From NCBI GenBank assembly GCA_036373775.1, contig JAZAUD010000008.1, positions 2,835-66,834 of the forward strand: DNA of 64,000 nt. Direction: 5' to 3'. The stretch's first letter is position 1, and each line of letters starts with the position of its first letter. Made by a program: the position numbers and the translations under genes. Source of the stretch: Oscillospiraceae bacterium. GTDB taxonomy: Bacteria; Bacillota; Clostridia; Oscillospirales; Ruminococcaceae. The notes beneath the pieces are model-generated. The model was not told the DNA's origin. It worked only from the letters and a program-made list of their open reading frames with translations, and did no database searches. Below are positions 39,682 to 48,802 of this stretch, piece by piece.

Positions 39682-41058
39682 TTAAATCAATGGATTGATA
39701 ATGAAAAAAATCGGTGTGAACAAATTCAGTAAGTATACAACCAGACATACGCCCCAATAACCACAGAATGCTATCCCCAGTACAATCAGCTGTTGCAATT
39801 CCAGTGTCCCTACTTGTGTCATGTAGTAGGATACTAAAAGTCCTGTGAATGTTATCGACATTCCAATGCATTTCGCCCTTCCAAAATATTGGTACAATGT
39901 CGAACCAAAAGGCTTTACTAATGGAATGGTTATCCACCACATAATTGGTAAAAGTTCTTCTACATCCTTATCAAGAGGAAATTCACAAATTTTACAGGAA
40001 AGCGCAAAAAAGACCATCATCAATACACATCGGCATACCACTGAACCCCTTGACTTGGTTTTTGCACTTCCATACATCATGACAAGCTCAAAACTTTCCC
40101 CTTCCCATTTTTCTTTCATTCCCAGATAATTCGCAAATAATACACTAATGAGCATCCCCAAAACCTGAAAGACTATCATCAGATTCCCCACTGTGAAATA
40201 TTCCCTGATTTCTTCCGGCAATTCCTCCAAAGGTATCACAGGAAGGTCATAATTCTGGCATGGCACTAACCAGAGAAATGCACCATATCCCAATACCAGC
40301 AAAACCCCTATGGGACGCATCAATTTTCCCATGTATTTCCCTGCTTTGATAATCATTAAATCAATCGCAAATGTGTAATAAAAGCCTAATGCACTCAACC
40401 AAAATATCCCATGTTCAGAAAATTTTTGCCATTCATTCTCATGCTGGTAAAACACCATAAACCCCAATAAATACAAGCCAATGGCAATCATGAAATTGCA
40501 ACATTTTTCAATGCTCATGGATGTTCGGGTAGAAGCCCATATTTCCTTACTGAGGGATGTAATTTTTTCGCCCATTGCATTGGGCTTTTCCACGGTGATG
40601 TCTTCGCCTTTTTCGATTTTTTTCACTATCTGAGCATAGAATGAAGTTTCGCTCATTTGCTTCATTCGTTGTTCAATTTCGGTTTTGATTTTGTCAATCT
40701 GTTTTTGATAGCGGTCAATCGAACGGCTGTAAAAATAGCGGAACAATGCATAAACTTCATAAACCAGAAAGAATACAATTGTAATCATGGTCAGTTCTAT
40801 CAAATATGGTAAAATCTCCCAATTGCATAACGTAGCCAAAAAATCTTCCCAATATTCATGAAATACAAATAGCCCCGCAAAAAGAAGCACGGCAAAAATT
40901 TTTTTTGCTACGAGACTGTTTCGCCTTTGCTGATAGAATGTATTGGAATCAATCGCTGAATCGTAGGTTGATTGTAATTCATCAAGGATTTCTTTTGTTT
41001 CCTGCCCCACATTATTGTACTCTCTGCTAATATCAATGAAAGCTTGTGATAATTTCAT
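39682..41058 (-). CDS. polytopic membrane protein of unknown function (last gene of operon)
   Basis: 458 aa. N-terminal soluble/coiled segments, then many hydrophobic helices. No motif recognised. Confidence 0.7.
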   Translation of the reverse strand: MKLSQAFIDISREYNNVGQETKEILDELQSTYDSAIDSNTFYQQRRNSLVAKKIFAVLLFAGLFVFHEYWEDFLATLCNWEILPYLIELTMITIVFFLVYEVYALFRYFYSRSIDRYQKQIDKIKTEIEQRMKQMSETSFYAQIVKKIEKGEDITVEKPNAMGEKITSLSKEIWASTRTSMSIEKCCNFMIAIGLYLLGFMVFYQHENEWQKFSEHGIFWLSALGFYYTFAIDLMIIKAGKYMGKLMRPIGVLLVLGYGAFLWLVPCQNYDLPVIPLEELPEEIREYFTVGNLMIVFQVLGMLISVLFANYLGMKEKWEGESFELVMMYGSAKTKSRGSVVCRCVLMMVFFALSCKICEFPLDKDVEELLPIMWWITIPLVKPFGSTLYQYFGRAKCIGMSITFTGLLVSYYMTQVGTLELQQLIVLGIAFCGYWGVCLVVYLLNLFTPIFFIINPLI

Positions 41059-41061
41059 GGT

Positions 41062-43605
41062 TTATCCTTCTCCTTCCTGTAATCCAATGTACTTCAAATA
41101 CCCAATGGGGACGGTTTTATTCAAAAATTGGAATCCCCACATTGCATCTGAATGATTGGAATAAATACAGTCTGTTGCATTAGGATTGATTAAGCCAAGA
41201 TGCGCCATAAAAATATTACTTCTGTTATAGGTCTGGAATTCTGCGGAAAGTATTTGTAATCTTGAAAAAAGTTTCCTTTGCTGTTCAATGGGGGCGGTAC
41301 TATCCAATAATACCGCTTTGATACGGCTTTTCAATTCGTTGCAGTGTTCGCCTTTGTAGGTGTAAAGTTCAAGATTTTGCTGTAACCAATACAAATAAGA
41401 CATTGTTCCATAATCATGGTAATATTGACGGATTTTTTTCTTGTGCTTTTCATCTGCATGACTTTCCAGAAAATCGAATAACAATTCAAAACGTTCATAC
41501 AACACAGATGATAACAGTCGGTAAAACGGTCTGACGGATTCTTCATATCCCCACATACAAAGAATCGCTAAAAATTCCCAATCGTCCACAATCGGCACTT
41601 GTAATGGTGTCGGGAGATAGAGCGTGTTTTTCTCCCTCAAAAGATAATCAATCAGTTCATTCACATTATGACAGCCACAGTAAACAGTGTTCTGGCTCTC
41701 CGAAAAGCGAAATTCTTTCAACCATCTGCAAGCAATTTTCAAGCCGTCAATACTATCCTGTGAATACTTTGTGATTTGTTTCAGGGCTTTCAATTCTGTC
41801 TCTTCATAATGGGGTTGATGCTGATACCATTCCAGCATGATTTCAGAGACAAGAAAACTATCACAAATTTTGGTAATCCTGCCACGATTCAACATTCTTG
41901 TGACAGTATTTCCTAATTCCCTGATATTGTGAAACTGAAACCCCTGCCATGCAAACCATTGGTAATGGTTCAATCTCATAATCACCTTGGCAAGTCCGAC
42001 ATCATTCCAGAAAGGTGTCTGCTTTTCAGTTTTCCCGACTGCGTAACGCTTCATAATATCATCAAGGAAACGTGTGGTTTCAAATTCTGCACTTTGTGAG
42101 GAAAAAAAATCTTTGATATAGCCATTATAGAGTAATTCTTTTGCGGAATTCCAATTTTCACGAGTCCAAAGCAACTGCGCCACTTCTTCAGAATCCCAGC
42201 ATTCTTTTCTGAAAAGTTTTAATGCCCTTGTGAAAATTTTCGCATCCTGATAATTTCCGATTTCGTGCGCTAATGACCTGTCACCAGCAAGCCAACGTTT
42301 GACTTTTTCATACTGGAAACGCTGAATAATATCATATTGCAGTAACCCACGAATCAATATTTCAAAAAAACTTTCATCTTTGCGGATTTCATCCAATTCA
42401 TAGTAGGTATTACTCATCATTGCATGGTTAATTCTTGCCCTCTGTTCTTCTACCCCCATACGGCTATAATGTCGCAGTAAATCCGAATACATCATATGAC
42501 CTTTGTACAATGTCCAGAGTGTTTGCCCAAATGAATAATAATCCGATGCCGGAACAATTTCATTTAACATCAATTCCGGCGCATAATAGCCTAATGTTCC
42601 AGTTTTGGTTTTATCAATCGTGAATTCATCCCCACGCAAAGAACAGGTAATTCCAAAATCACCAATGACAACTTCTCCATGATACCAGTATAAATTATCC
42701 GGCTTGACATCTCTATGCACAAATCCAGCTTCATGGAATTGGTGCAAGGCTTCATTGATTGCCGGAATCACTTTCCTGCATAAAATATAATAGGGAATTT
42801 TCCCCTGTTGTTTGCCTAAGTCACCCTCTTCACAAAAAGGATAAATTTCTACATAATAATCTTGACCATTGATATTCACCGTGCCATAATCCAGCAAAGG
42901 CAATATATGCGAATTGGGTTCATGGCTTGCACGGGTCAGAAAATTCAATACCTTTTCACGGCTTTTTCTCTTGGTAATACTATCTTTTGGAGTAACGGAT
43001 TTCAGGATTCTTGCAACTAAAGGCTCATTATCATTTTGTGAATGACAGCGATAAATTTCAGATTCTCCACTATCCGCACTTACCACTTGTTTCCCATCAA
43101 TCAAAAATGTTTCCCCTTTGGCACTGGTAAATTGCACTGTACCATACAAAAGCACTTTCTTTCCGGTCTGCATTTGCTGTATGGTTTCCTGTTGTGGGAC
43201 GGTGGGAATTCGTTGGTTATTGTCCACTTGTGGGACGGTGGGAATTCGCTGGTTATTGTCTACTTGTGGGACGGTGGGAATTCGTTGGTTATTGTCTACT
43301 TGTGGGACGGTGGGAATTCGCTGGTTATTGTCTACTTGTGGGACGGTGGGAATTCGTTGGTTATTGTCTACTTGTGGGACGGTGGGAATTCGTTGGTTAT
43401 TGTCTACTTGTGGGACGGTGGGAATTCGTTGGTTATTGTCTACTTGTGGGATGGTGGGAATTCGTTCAGAGTCCCATTCATCATCATCTCCATGAATGAC
43501 AACAGGAACAGACGACACAAAAGGCTGTTCCGGCTTATCAGATTCTTCATTTGGAAGTGTACGATTCTTAAATGAAAAATTGGAATTGTTGAGATTATTC
43601 TCCAT
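41062..43605 (-). CDS. Hanks-type Ser/Thr protein kinase with N-terminal 12-aa tandem repeats and a large C-terminal helical domain
   Basis: VARILK, HRDVKPDN, IGDFG, GTLGYYAPE. About 450 aa of C-terminal region without TM segments. Repeats (R)IPTVPQVDNNQ x7.6. Confidence 0.85.
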   Translation of the reverse strand: MENNLNNSNFSFKNRTLPNEESDKPEQPFVSSVPVVIHGDDDEWDSERIPTIPQVDNNQRIPTVPQVDNNQRIPTVPQVDNNQRIPTVPQVDNNQRIPTVPQVDNNQRIPTVPQVDNNQRIPTVPQVDNNQRIPTVPQQETIQQMQTGKKVLLYGTVQFTSAKGETFLIDGKQVVSADSGESEIYRCHSQNDNEPLVARILKSVTPKDSITKRKSREKVLNFLTRASHEPNSHILPLLDYGTVNINGQDYYVEIYPFCEEGDLGKQQGKIPYYILCRKVIPAINEALHQFHEAGFVHRDVKPDNLYWYHGEVVIGDFGITCSLRGDEFTIDKTKTGTLGYYAPELMLNEIVPASDYYSFGQTLWTLYKGHMMYSDLLRHYSRMGVEEQRARINHAMMSNTYYELDEIRKDESFFEILIRGLLQYDIIQRFQYEKVKRWLAGDRSLAHEIGNYQDAKIFTRALKLFRKECWDSEEVAQLLWTRENWNSAKELLYNGYIKDFFSSQSAEFETTRFLDDIMKRYAVGKTEKQTPFWNDVGLAKVIMRLNHYQWFAWQGFQFHNIRELGNTVTRMLNRGRITKICDSFLVSEIMLEWYQHQPHYEETELKALKQITKYSQDSIDGLKIACRWLKEFRFSESQNTVYCGCHNVNELIDYLLREKNTLYLPTPLQVPIVDDWEFLAILCMWGYEESVRPFYRLLSSVLYERFELLFDFLESHADEKHKKKIRQYYHDYGTMSYLYWLQQNLELYTYKGEHCNELKSRIKAVLLDSTAPIEQQRKLFSRLQILSAEFQTYNRSNIFMAHLGLINPNATDCIYSNHSDAMWGFQFLNKTVPIGYLKYIGLQEGEG
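43192..43466 (-). repeat. 36-nt in-frame tandem repeat, about 7.6 copies, inside the kinase gene
   Basis: TTGTGGGACGGTGGGAATTCG(T/C)TGGTTATTGTC(T/C)AC is repeated head-to-tail. The only differences are 1-2 synonymous positions, plus a single non-synonymous difference (V->I) in the partial terminal copy. Confidence 0.95.
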
Positions 43606-44380
43606 TTGTCGCTGTCACATCCTTCCTGATGAGAATGACACTAATATTATCTTTTGAACCATATTCCATTGCAGATTCTTTCAATTTCAGGCAACATTCA
43701 TTCAAGTTTTCACTGTTGCGGTAAGCTACCAATATATCACGAATTTGTTCTTCCTTCAAAGCATCACTGATACCATCAGAACAAATCATGAACAAATCAC
43801 GCTCTTGCATATCATCTGAAAAATCTACCACTCTGGGATTGACTTTCCCATCCAGTCCCAAACAATTGGTAATCACATTTTTTCTTTCGTGGTGAAATGC
43901 TTCCTCTGGGGTAATTTCTCCAGAATCCAACATTTCTTGTACTAGTGAATGGTCTTTTGAAAGGCGCATCAAATATTGATAGCGTAACCGGTAGACACGA
44001 CTGTCACCCACATTGCACACAAATAAATGTTCATCATCTGCATAAATTCCAGCGATTGTTGTGAAAAGGGCATTCGGGGTATGTTCTTTTACTTTGGTCA
44101 AATATACCTTTTCATTGGCGGATTCTATGGCTTCAATGACATCATCCATTTGTTTCCCTTCATGATAAGTTTTCCTTGCGAATACTTCACAGGAGATTTC
44201 AGCGGCTCTGTCACCGCTCAGCCTTCCCCCTACACCATCACAAACCGCAACACTGATATAAGGCGTTTCCAATGTTCCACTGATTACCCCTTTGGAAAGT
44301 AATTTTGTTCCAATGACTGCACGGTCATCATTATGGTCTTCACTTGCTCCAATATCAACTAATCCGGCATACTTCCACAT
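43595..44380 (-). CDS. PP2C-family Ser/Thr phosphatase
   Basis: DRAVIG, VAVCDGVGG, VGDSRVY, CSDGISD, DNISVILI. 11-nt overlap with the kinase gene. Confidence 0.85.
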   Translation of the reverse strand: MWKYAGLVDIGASEDHNDDRAVIGTKLLSKGVISGTLETPYISVAVCDGVGGRLSGDRAAEISCEVFARKTYHEGKQMDDVIEAIESANEKVYLTKVKEHTPNALFTTIAGIYADDEHLFVCNVGDSRVYRLRYQYLMRLSKDHSLVQEMLDSGEITPEEAFHHERKNVITNCLGLDGKVNPRVVDFSDDMQERDLFMICSDGISDALKEEQIRDILVAYRNSENLNECCLKLKESAMEYGSKDNISVILIRKDVTATNGE

Positions 44381-44382
44381 AT

Positions 44383-46290
44383 TTAAGCCTCCTTGGTGAG
44401 ATTCACAGCTCCGTCTACAGTTTCTACCTTAGTAAATTTCACAGCTCCATCCACAGTATCTACTTTGATAATGTCCCCTTCCTGACAGGATGCTTCAAAA
44501 ATAAATTCTGCTAATGGATTGATATATTTTTCTTCCATCATGTTGCCAATTCCACGACCGCCCATTTCCAGCACTTCATCACAATCAGAAAGCTTATCAT
44601 AATATTCTAATGCCGTTTCAGAGGTTTTCACTTCAATTTTATTTTGCTTGGCGATTCTGGTATTGATTTTATTCACCTGTCCACGAACAATGGCTTTCGC
44701 TGCTTCCGGACGAATAAAATCATAGACAATCAAATTATTGCCGATACGGTTCAAAACTTCCGGTTTGAAATGGTTTTTAATAGCGGCAATCACTCTGGGC
44801 TGAATCTCTTCATAGGTTTCACTTGGAAATACAAGCTGTTCCCTGCGTTCTCTTCCATCTGCATCAATATATTGTCTGGTAATGCCTAAATTGCTGGTAA
44901 AAATAATCAATGTTTCAGAGAAATAAACCGTATTTCCCTGACCGTCTGTCATTCGTCCGTCTTCCAAAATCTGTAAAAATTTATCCATAATGGAAGGATG
45001 CGCTTTTTCAATTTCATCAAATAGCAAAATAGAAAAAGGTTTTTCCTTGATAGCATTCGTCAATTGTCCACCGGCTTCATACCCTACATACCCTGGGGGC
45101 GCACCAAATAATTTCTGGTCTGCGTGGGCTTCGGAAAATTCACTCATATCAAAACGAATACAATTATTCTCATCTCCGAAAAGTTGTTCTGCCAAAGCCT
45201 TGGTGAGTTCCGTTTTTCCTGTACCCGTAGGCCCTGCAAAAAATAAAACACCTCTTGGCTTATTCTGTCCGGATGAATGCTGTAAACCTGATAAGCCTGC
45301 TACTGCTCTTTTCACAACGTTGACGGTTCTGGCAATTGCCAAATCTTGTCCCATGACACGCTTTTTCAAAAGCTCTGCTAGATTGGCGATTTTCTCACGG
45401 TCAATGGAATGCCACATATTTTCAATAATGCCATATTTATAAATAGACACTGCATCCAATAATTCCGTATCGGGCTTTTTTTGGAGCAATCTCTGATATA
45501 AGTTCCTAAGTTCTTTCAATTCACGGTGTTTCAAGCCATCTGTCACGTCAATGAACTTATCGTGTACTTGCATCAATGCTTCATTTTCTTGAAATTCCGT
45601 ATATTCCTTATCAACAAAAATGGTTCTCATTTCCTTATCAGGGTCAGGAATGGAAATGGTACGGACATTAGGATTATTATAGAAAAACCATGCCGGCAAA
45701 TCGTTGAATTTTTCAACTACCATTATCAAAGTATTGAATTGTTCATTGATTTTGGCAGCGTTCAAAGAGGCAAATAATAAATTGAGGAACATTTTATTCT
45801 CTTCCGGTTCAAGGGTTGTCGGAGAGGAAATATACCGTGAAACGAAATTCATGACAACTGTCACAGGCTTTTCACGGTCAGTATCAACCAATGCATTCCG
45901 GATTGTCGAAGAAAGCCGTTCAATGTCATCTAATTTGCAAGCTTTGCGAAAAATCCTATCTGGAGAAAATGAAAAGCTTTCATCTTTATCAGGCTTGCCG
46001 TATTTTCTGAGCATTTCCTCCACATTTCCATAAGCATCCCCGAAACGGTTATAAATTCCTGTTGCAGGGTCACAGAACATGAATTCATAGTCACAAGTCC
46101 CATGATTTTCATTGAAAAGCTTGAATAATGTCATATTCAAGTCAACAAATGCCATTGGGGTCATATTTTCTTCCCCTTCCGGATACACTGGGTAGAAATC
46201 ATTGATATTTCCCTCTAAGATGAATGTACTCTTGATACCCTTGAAACTAGCAATTTCCCTCTGCCATTTCGGGACGGTTTGTTTCTGCAT
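44383..46290 (-). CDS. AAA+ ATPase, ClpA/ClpB D2-type module with a non-canonical N-terminal half
   Basis: FFAGPTGTGKTELTKALA (Walker A), ILLFDEIEKAHP (Walker B), FKPEVLNRIGN (sensor/arginine region). The N-terminal ~330 aa has no Walker A. Confidence 0.8.
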   Translation of the reverse strand: MQKQTVPKWQREIASFKGIKSTFILEGNINDFYPVYPEGEENMTPMAFVDLNMTLFKLFNENHGTCDYEFMFCDPATGIYNRFGDAYGNVEEMLRKYGKPDKDESFSFSPDRIFRKACKLDDIERLSSTIRNALVDTDREKPVTVVMNFVSRYISSPTTLEPEENKMFLNLLFASLNAAKINEQFNTLIMVVEKFNDLPAWFFYNNPNVRTISIPDPDKEMRTIFVDKEYTEFQENEALMQVHDKFIDVTDGLKHRELKELRNLYQRLLQKKPDTELLDAVSIYKYGIIENMWHSIDREKIANLAELLKKRVMGQDLAIARTVNVVKRAVAGLSGLQHSSGQNKPRGVLFFAGPTGTGKTELTKALAEQLFGDENNCIRFDMSEFSEAHADQKLFGAPPGYVGYEAGGQLTNAIKEKPFSILLFDEIEKAHPSIMDKFLQILEDGRMTDGQGNTVYFSETLIIFTSNLGITRQYIDADGRERREQLVFPSETYEEIQPRVIAAIKNHFKPEVLNRIGNNLIVYDFIRPEAAKAIVRGQVNKINTRIAKQNKIEVKTSETALEYYDKLSDCDEVLEMGGRGIGNMMEEKYINPLAEFIFEASCQEGDIIKVDTVDGAVKFTKVETVDGAVNLTKEA

Positions 46291-46293
46291 AAA

Positions 46294-46887
46294 TTATACT
46301 CCTTTCCGGTGGTGAATGCCAACGGAAATCAATTGATTTCCCATATAAACATTTTGTATGATACGCCCTTGTTTGAGATAGGTTTCATATTCTGTTTGGT
46401 ATTGCTTTTTCAGATAAATGATATTCTGATTCAGAGAACCACGCAACACGGCGGTTTCCTCATTCAGTTCCTGTATGTATCGCCCATCAATCAAGACAGC
46501 AATATTTTTTTGCAAATCTTCCAACATTGACGGACTCCATAATTTTTTCAATTCCTGCATGGTGTAACCAGTATATACCAGAATATCTTCCGTGATTTCC
46601 TGTAAGCCCTCTAATAATTGCAATAATTCTTCTGGTTGTTCGAGGGGGTCTCCTCCTGTAATGGTGATGCCTTCAATGGGTTGCTGTGCGTGGATATTCT
46701 GAATCATTTGCAGAATCGTTTCCACTGGTCTGTTTTTTCTTCCGACTGTATCCCATAATTCCGGATTGGCACAGCCCTTGCAATGCTTTGTACATCCCAC
46801 TGTCCAAATGACAAGCCTTTTGTGAATTCCCAATGATACAACCGGAAATAATATCCTGTCAATGTACATTTCAATCAATTCTGACAA
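46294..46887 (-). CDS. NrdG-like radical-SAM activase (4Fe-4S, CX3CX2C)
   Basis: VIWTVGCTKHCKGCANPELWD, ITITGGDPLEQPEE. The size (197 aa) and motif context fit glycyl-radical-enzyme-activase / NrdG-type proteins. Confidence 0.75.
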   Translation of the reverse strand: MSELIEMYIDRILFPVVSLGIHKRLVIWTVGCTKHCKGCANPELWDTVGRKNRPVETILQMIQNIHAQQPIEGITITGGDPLEQPEELLQLLEGLQEITEDILVYTGYTMQELKKLWSPSMLEDLQKNIAVLIDGRYIQELNEETAVLRGSLNQNIIYLKKQYQTEYETYLKQGRIIQNVYMGNQLISVGIHHRKGV

Positions 46888-47536
46888 TAAAGGATACTGT
46901 ATTTGCTAATGTCAAAATTTTTCCATTTTCCAATAAAACAGGTTCACCAGAATTGAGAATCATTCCATTATATTTGGTTTGATTTGTCCGGCTCATATGA
47001 CGAAGTACCCATGAATGATGTTCGAATGTAATCCCGCAATGTTCGCCGGAAACAGTTCTCATATCTCTGGACTGGAAAAAATCAGCTCCATATTTCCCAT
47101 ATCTGCCAAGCGTTCCGCCTTGCTGGTCAATTTCAATCCGGAAATGGGTGTTCATTTCCTCTAAGTACAAACGATTTCCCTTTACAGGGGCTTGCATTGG
47201 CTGAGGTGCGTTGACAGAGGATGAATTTTCCACGGTTCGGGTTTCAATCTGCCACAAAAAGCCGTCAATCGGGTGTTCTTTTCGACAGCCATTACAGAAA
47301 AATCTTGTTACTGTTCCATTGGGTAAGATAGTTTTGGTCTGTGATTCTGGACAGAGAACAAAGTATTCCATTCCATTGGAAACAGGGGCTGTCACCTGTG
47401 GGACAGTTGGTGCAGATGCCGGAATATCAACGACAACAGTGTGATGCTCTTCCATCAGAGGTTCTGCACAAATTTCACAAAAATCTGTTCCCGGTTCATT
47501 TTCATAACCGCATTGTTTACATTTGATAAAAGCCAT
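46871..47536 (-). CDS. zinc-ribbon + FHA domain protein
   Basis: N-terminal CKQCGYENEPGTDFCEIC, a second Cys cluster CPES...CNGC, C-terminal FHA (TLGR...VSGEH...YNG...LENGKILTL). 17-nt overlap with the activase gene. Confidence 0.8.
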   Translation of the reverse strand: MAFIKCKQCGYENEPGTDFCEICAEPLMEEHHTVVVDIPASAPTVPQVTAPVSNGMEYFVLCPESQTKTILPNGTVTRFFCNGCRKEHPIDGFLWQIETRTVENSSSVNAPQPMQAPVKGNRLYLEEMNTHFRIEIDQQGGTLGRYGKYGADFFQSRDMRTVSGEHCGITFEHHSWVLRHMSRTNQTKYNGMILNSGEPVLLENGKILTLANTVSFIVRID

Positions 47537-47539
47537 TGT

Positions 47540-48766
47540 TTAACTCTCCTTACGCATCGTTTTCAATTCCTGACGTTTCTGTTGCTTTTTCGCTCTTGAA
47601 CCGGAATGTTCCTGTAATCCGGAACGAGTACGGATTTTTTTATTAAATCGCTTATCAGGAGGCATATGCTTTCTGGTTTGCAGAATCACTCCACGGAGGG
47701 CGAGTTCTGCGGTAATTTCGGGGTGCATCTGACAAAATGCACATTGTTTTTGAAATAACTTTTCGTCTTCCTCTGCTGAAATTTTATCATCAAAGCCGAT
47801 ACCTACCACACGCATGGTCACTTGTTGTTCATCAGAGACAAATACATGAATTGCTGTATCATCCCCGACACCATAAAGCACTTGATGATTGTCTGCTTCT
47901 TCCAATTGTTCAGAAGATACAATCTGATAGCCGTGCTGGCTCATCACGTCATCAATTTGTCTGCGGATATATTCACGGGAAATCTGATTTTTAGCAAGTT
48001 CTTTGGCTTCTTCCATGGCGGTCTGAATTTCCTCCAATGACGAAAAGTCCGTGATGGCTTTCAAGGGAATGGGAGAATCAAAACATTCCTGACAATATTC
48101 TTCATAGGCATCAGACAGATATTCCATTTCATTGTGAATCTGCATGGAAATTTTGCTGTATTCCTCGTGAAGTCTCTGCAATTTCCGACTTTTTTCATCA
48201 AGGGGAATATCACTTTTTTCCAATTTCTGTAAATCATGATTCAATAAGAGTATGGTATTTTTGTGCGTGCCTGTCATGGGTTCACAGTTCAGAAATTCTG
48301 TCATTTCCTCACTGAAAGCCTGATATTGTTGCTGTACTTCTTTTTGGGAAATGGCTGGTACTTTGGGAGCTGATGTTTCAGACATTCTACGAATTTGAAC
48401 TTGATGAGCATTCCCTAATTTTCTGCTTTCTCTTTGCAACTCACTAAAATGATAGGCTGTTTTGACAGATTCCATTCGTTTTTGTTCCGACTGCATTTTA
48501 CCATGAAATTCCTGCATGATGAGAGTATGTGTTTTTCGAATCGATTCCATGTCAAGCAGTTCATTTCCATGTTTGACCTGTCTCAAGAGTTTTTGCAATT
48601 CTTTTTTGCAAGATTTCTGTAATTCCTGCATATTCACGCACATTTCCACCTCGTGAATTGATTTCTGAATCATTTCTGCTAATTCACGCCGTCCCTGTCT
48701 TGCATTCATCAATTTTGTCAATTCCTGCTGACGAATTGCAGCAGTATCTACTTTTGGACCACTCAA
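47540..48766 (-). CDS. coiled-coil protein of unknown function (first gene of operon)
   Basis: 408 aa, long heptad-like K/E/Q-rich stretches, basic C-terminal tail. GGAGG-type RBS upstream. Confidence 0.65.
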   Translation of the reverse strand: MSGPKVDTAAIRQQELTKLMNARQGRRELAEMIQKSIHEVEMCVNMQELQKSCKKELQKLLRQVKHGNELLDMESIRKTHTLIMQEFHGKMQSEQKRMESVKTAYHFSELQRESRKLGNAHQVQIRRMSETSAPKVPAISQKEVQQQYQAFSEEMTEFLNCEPMTGTHKNTILLLNHDLQKLEKSDIPLDEKSRKLQRLHEEYSKISMQIHNEMEYLSDAYEEYCQECFDSPIPLKAITDFSSLEEIQTAMEEAKELAKNQISREYIRRQIDDVMSQHGYQIVSSEQLEEADNHQVLYGVGDDTAIHVFVSDEQQVTMRVVGIGFDDKISAEEDEKLFQKQCAFCQMHPEITAELALRGVILQTRKHMPPDKRFNKKIRTRSGLQEHSGSRAKKQQKRQELKTMRKES

Positions 48767-48802
48767 ATGCTGACACCTCCTAAATTTATCATACCTGTTT
48801 TC

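Noticed and set aside
43192-43466. Possible CRISPR array (regular 36-nt repeats)
   Set aside because: The repeats are directly adjacent with no spacers, lie in-frame inside a coding sequence, and there are no cas genes. This is a tandem coding repeat, not a CRISPR array.
43042-43575. Three + strand ORFs with striking repeats (WDGGNSLVIVYL, GTVGIRWLLSTC, GRWEFVGYCLLV)
   Set aside because: They are the other-strand and other-frame readings of the 36-nt repeat inside the kinase gene. The kinase frame continues into a bona fide catalytic domain, so these are artefacts.
47798-47812. RVVGI in the coiled-coil protein as a possible glycyl-radical motif (RVxG[FYW]) for the adjacent activase
   Set aside because: It lacks the aromatic residue after Gly and the surrounding conserved context of glycyl-radical domains. 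A five-residue match is easily due to chance. I mention it only as something an experiment on the activase could test.
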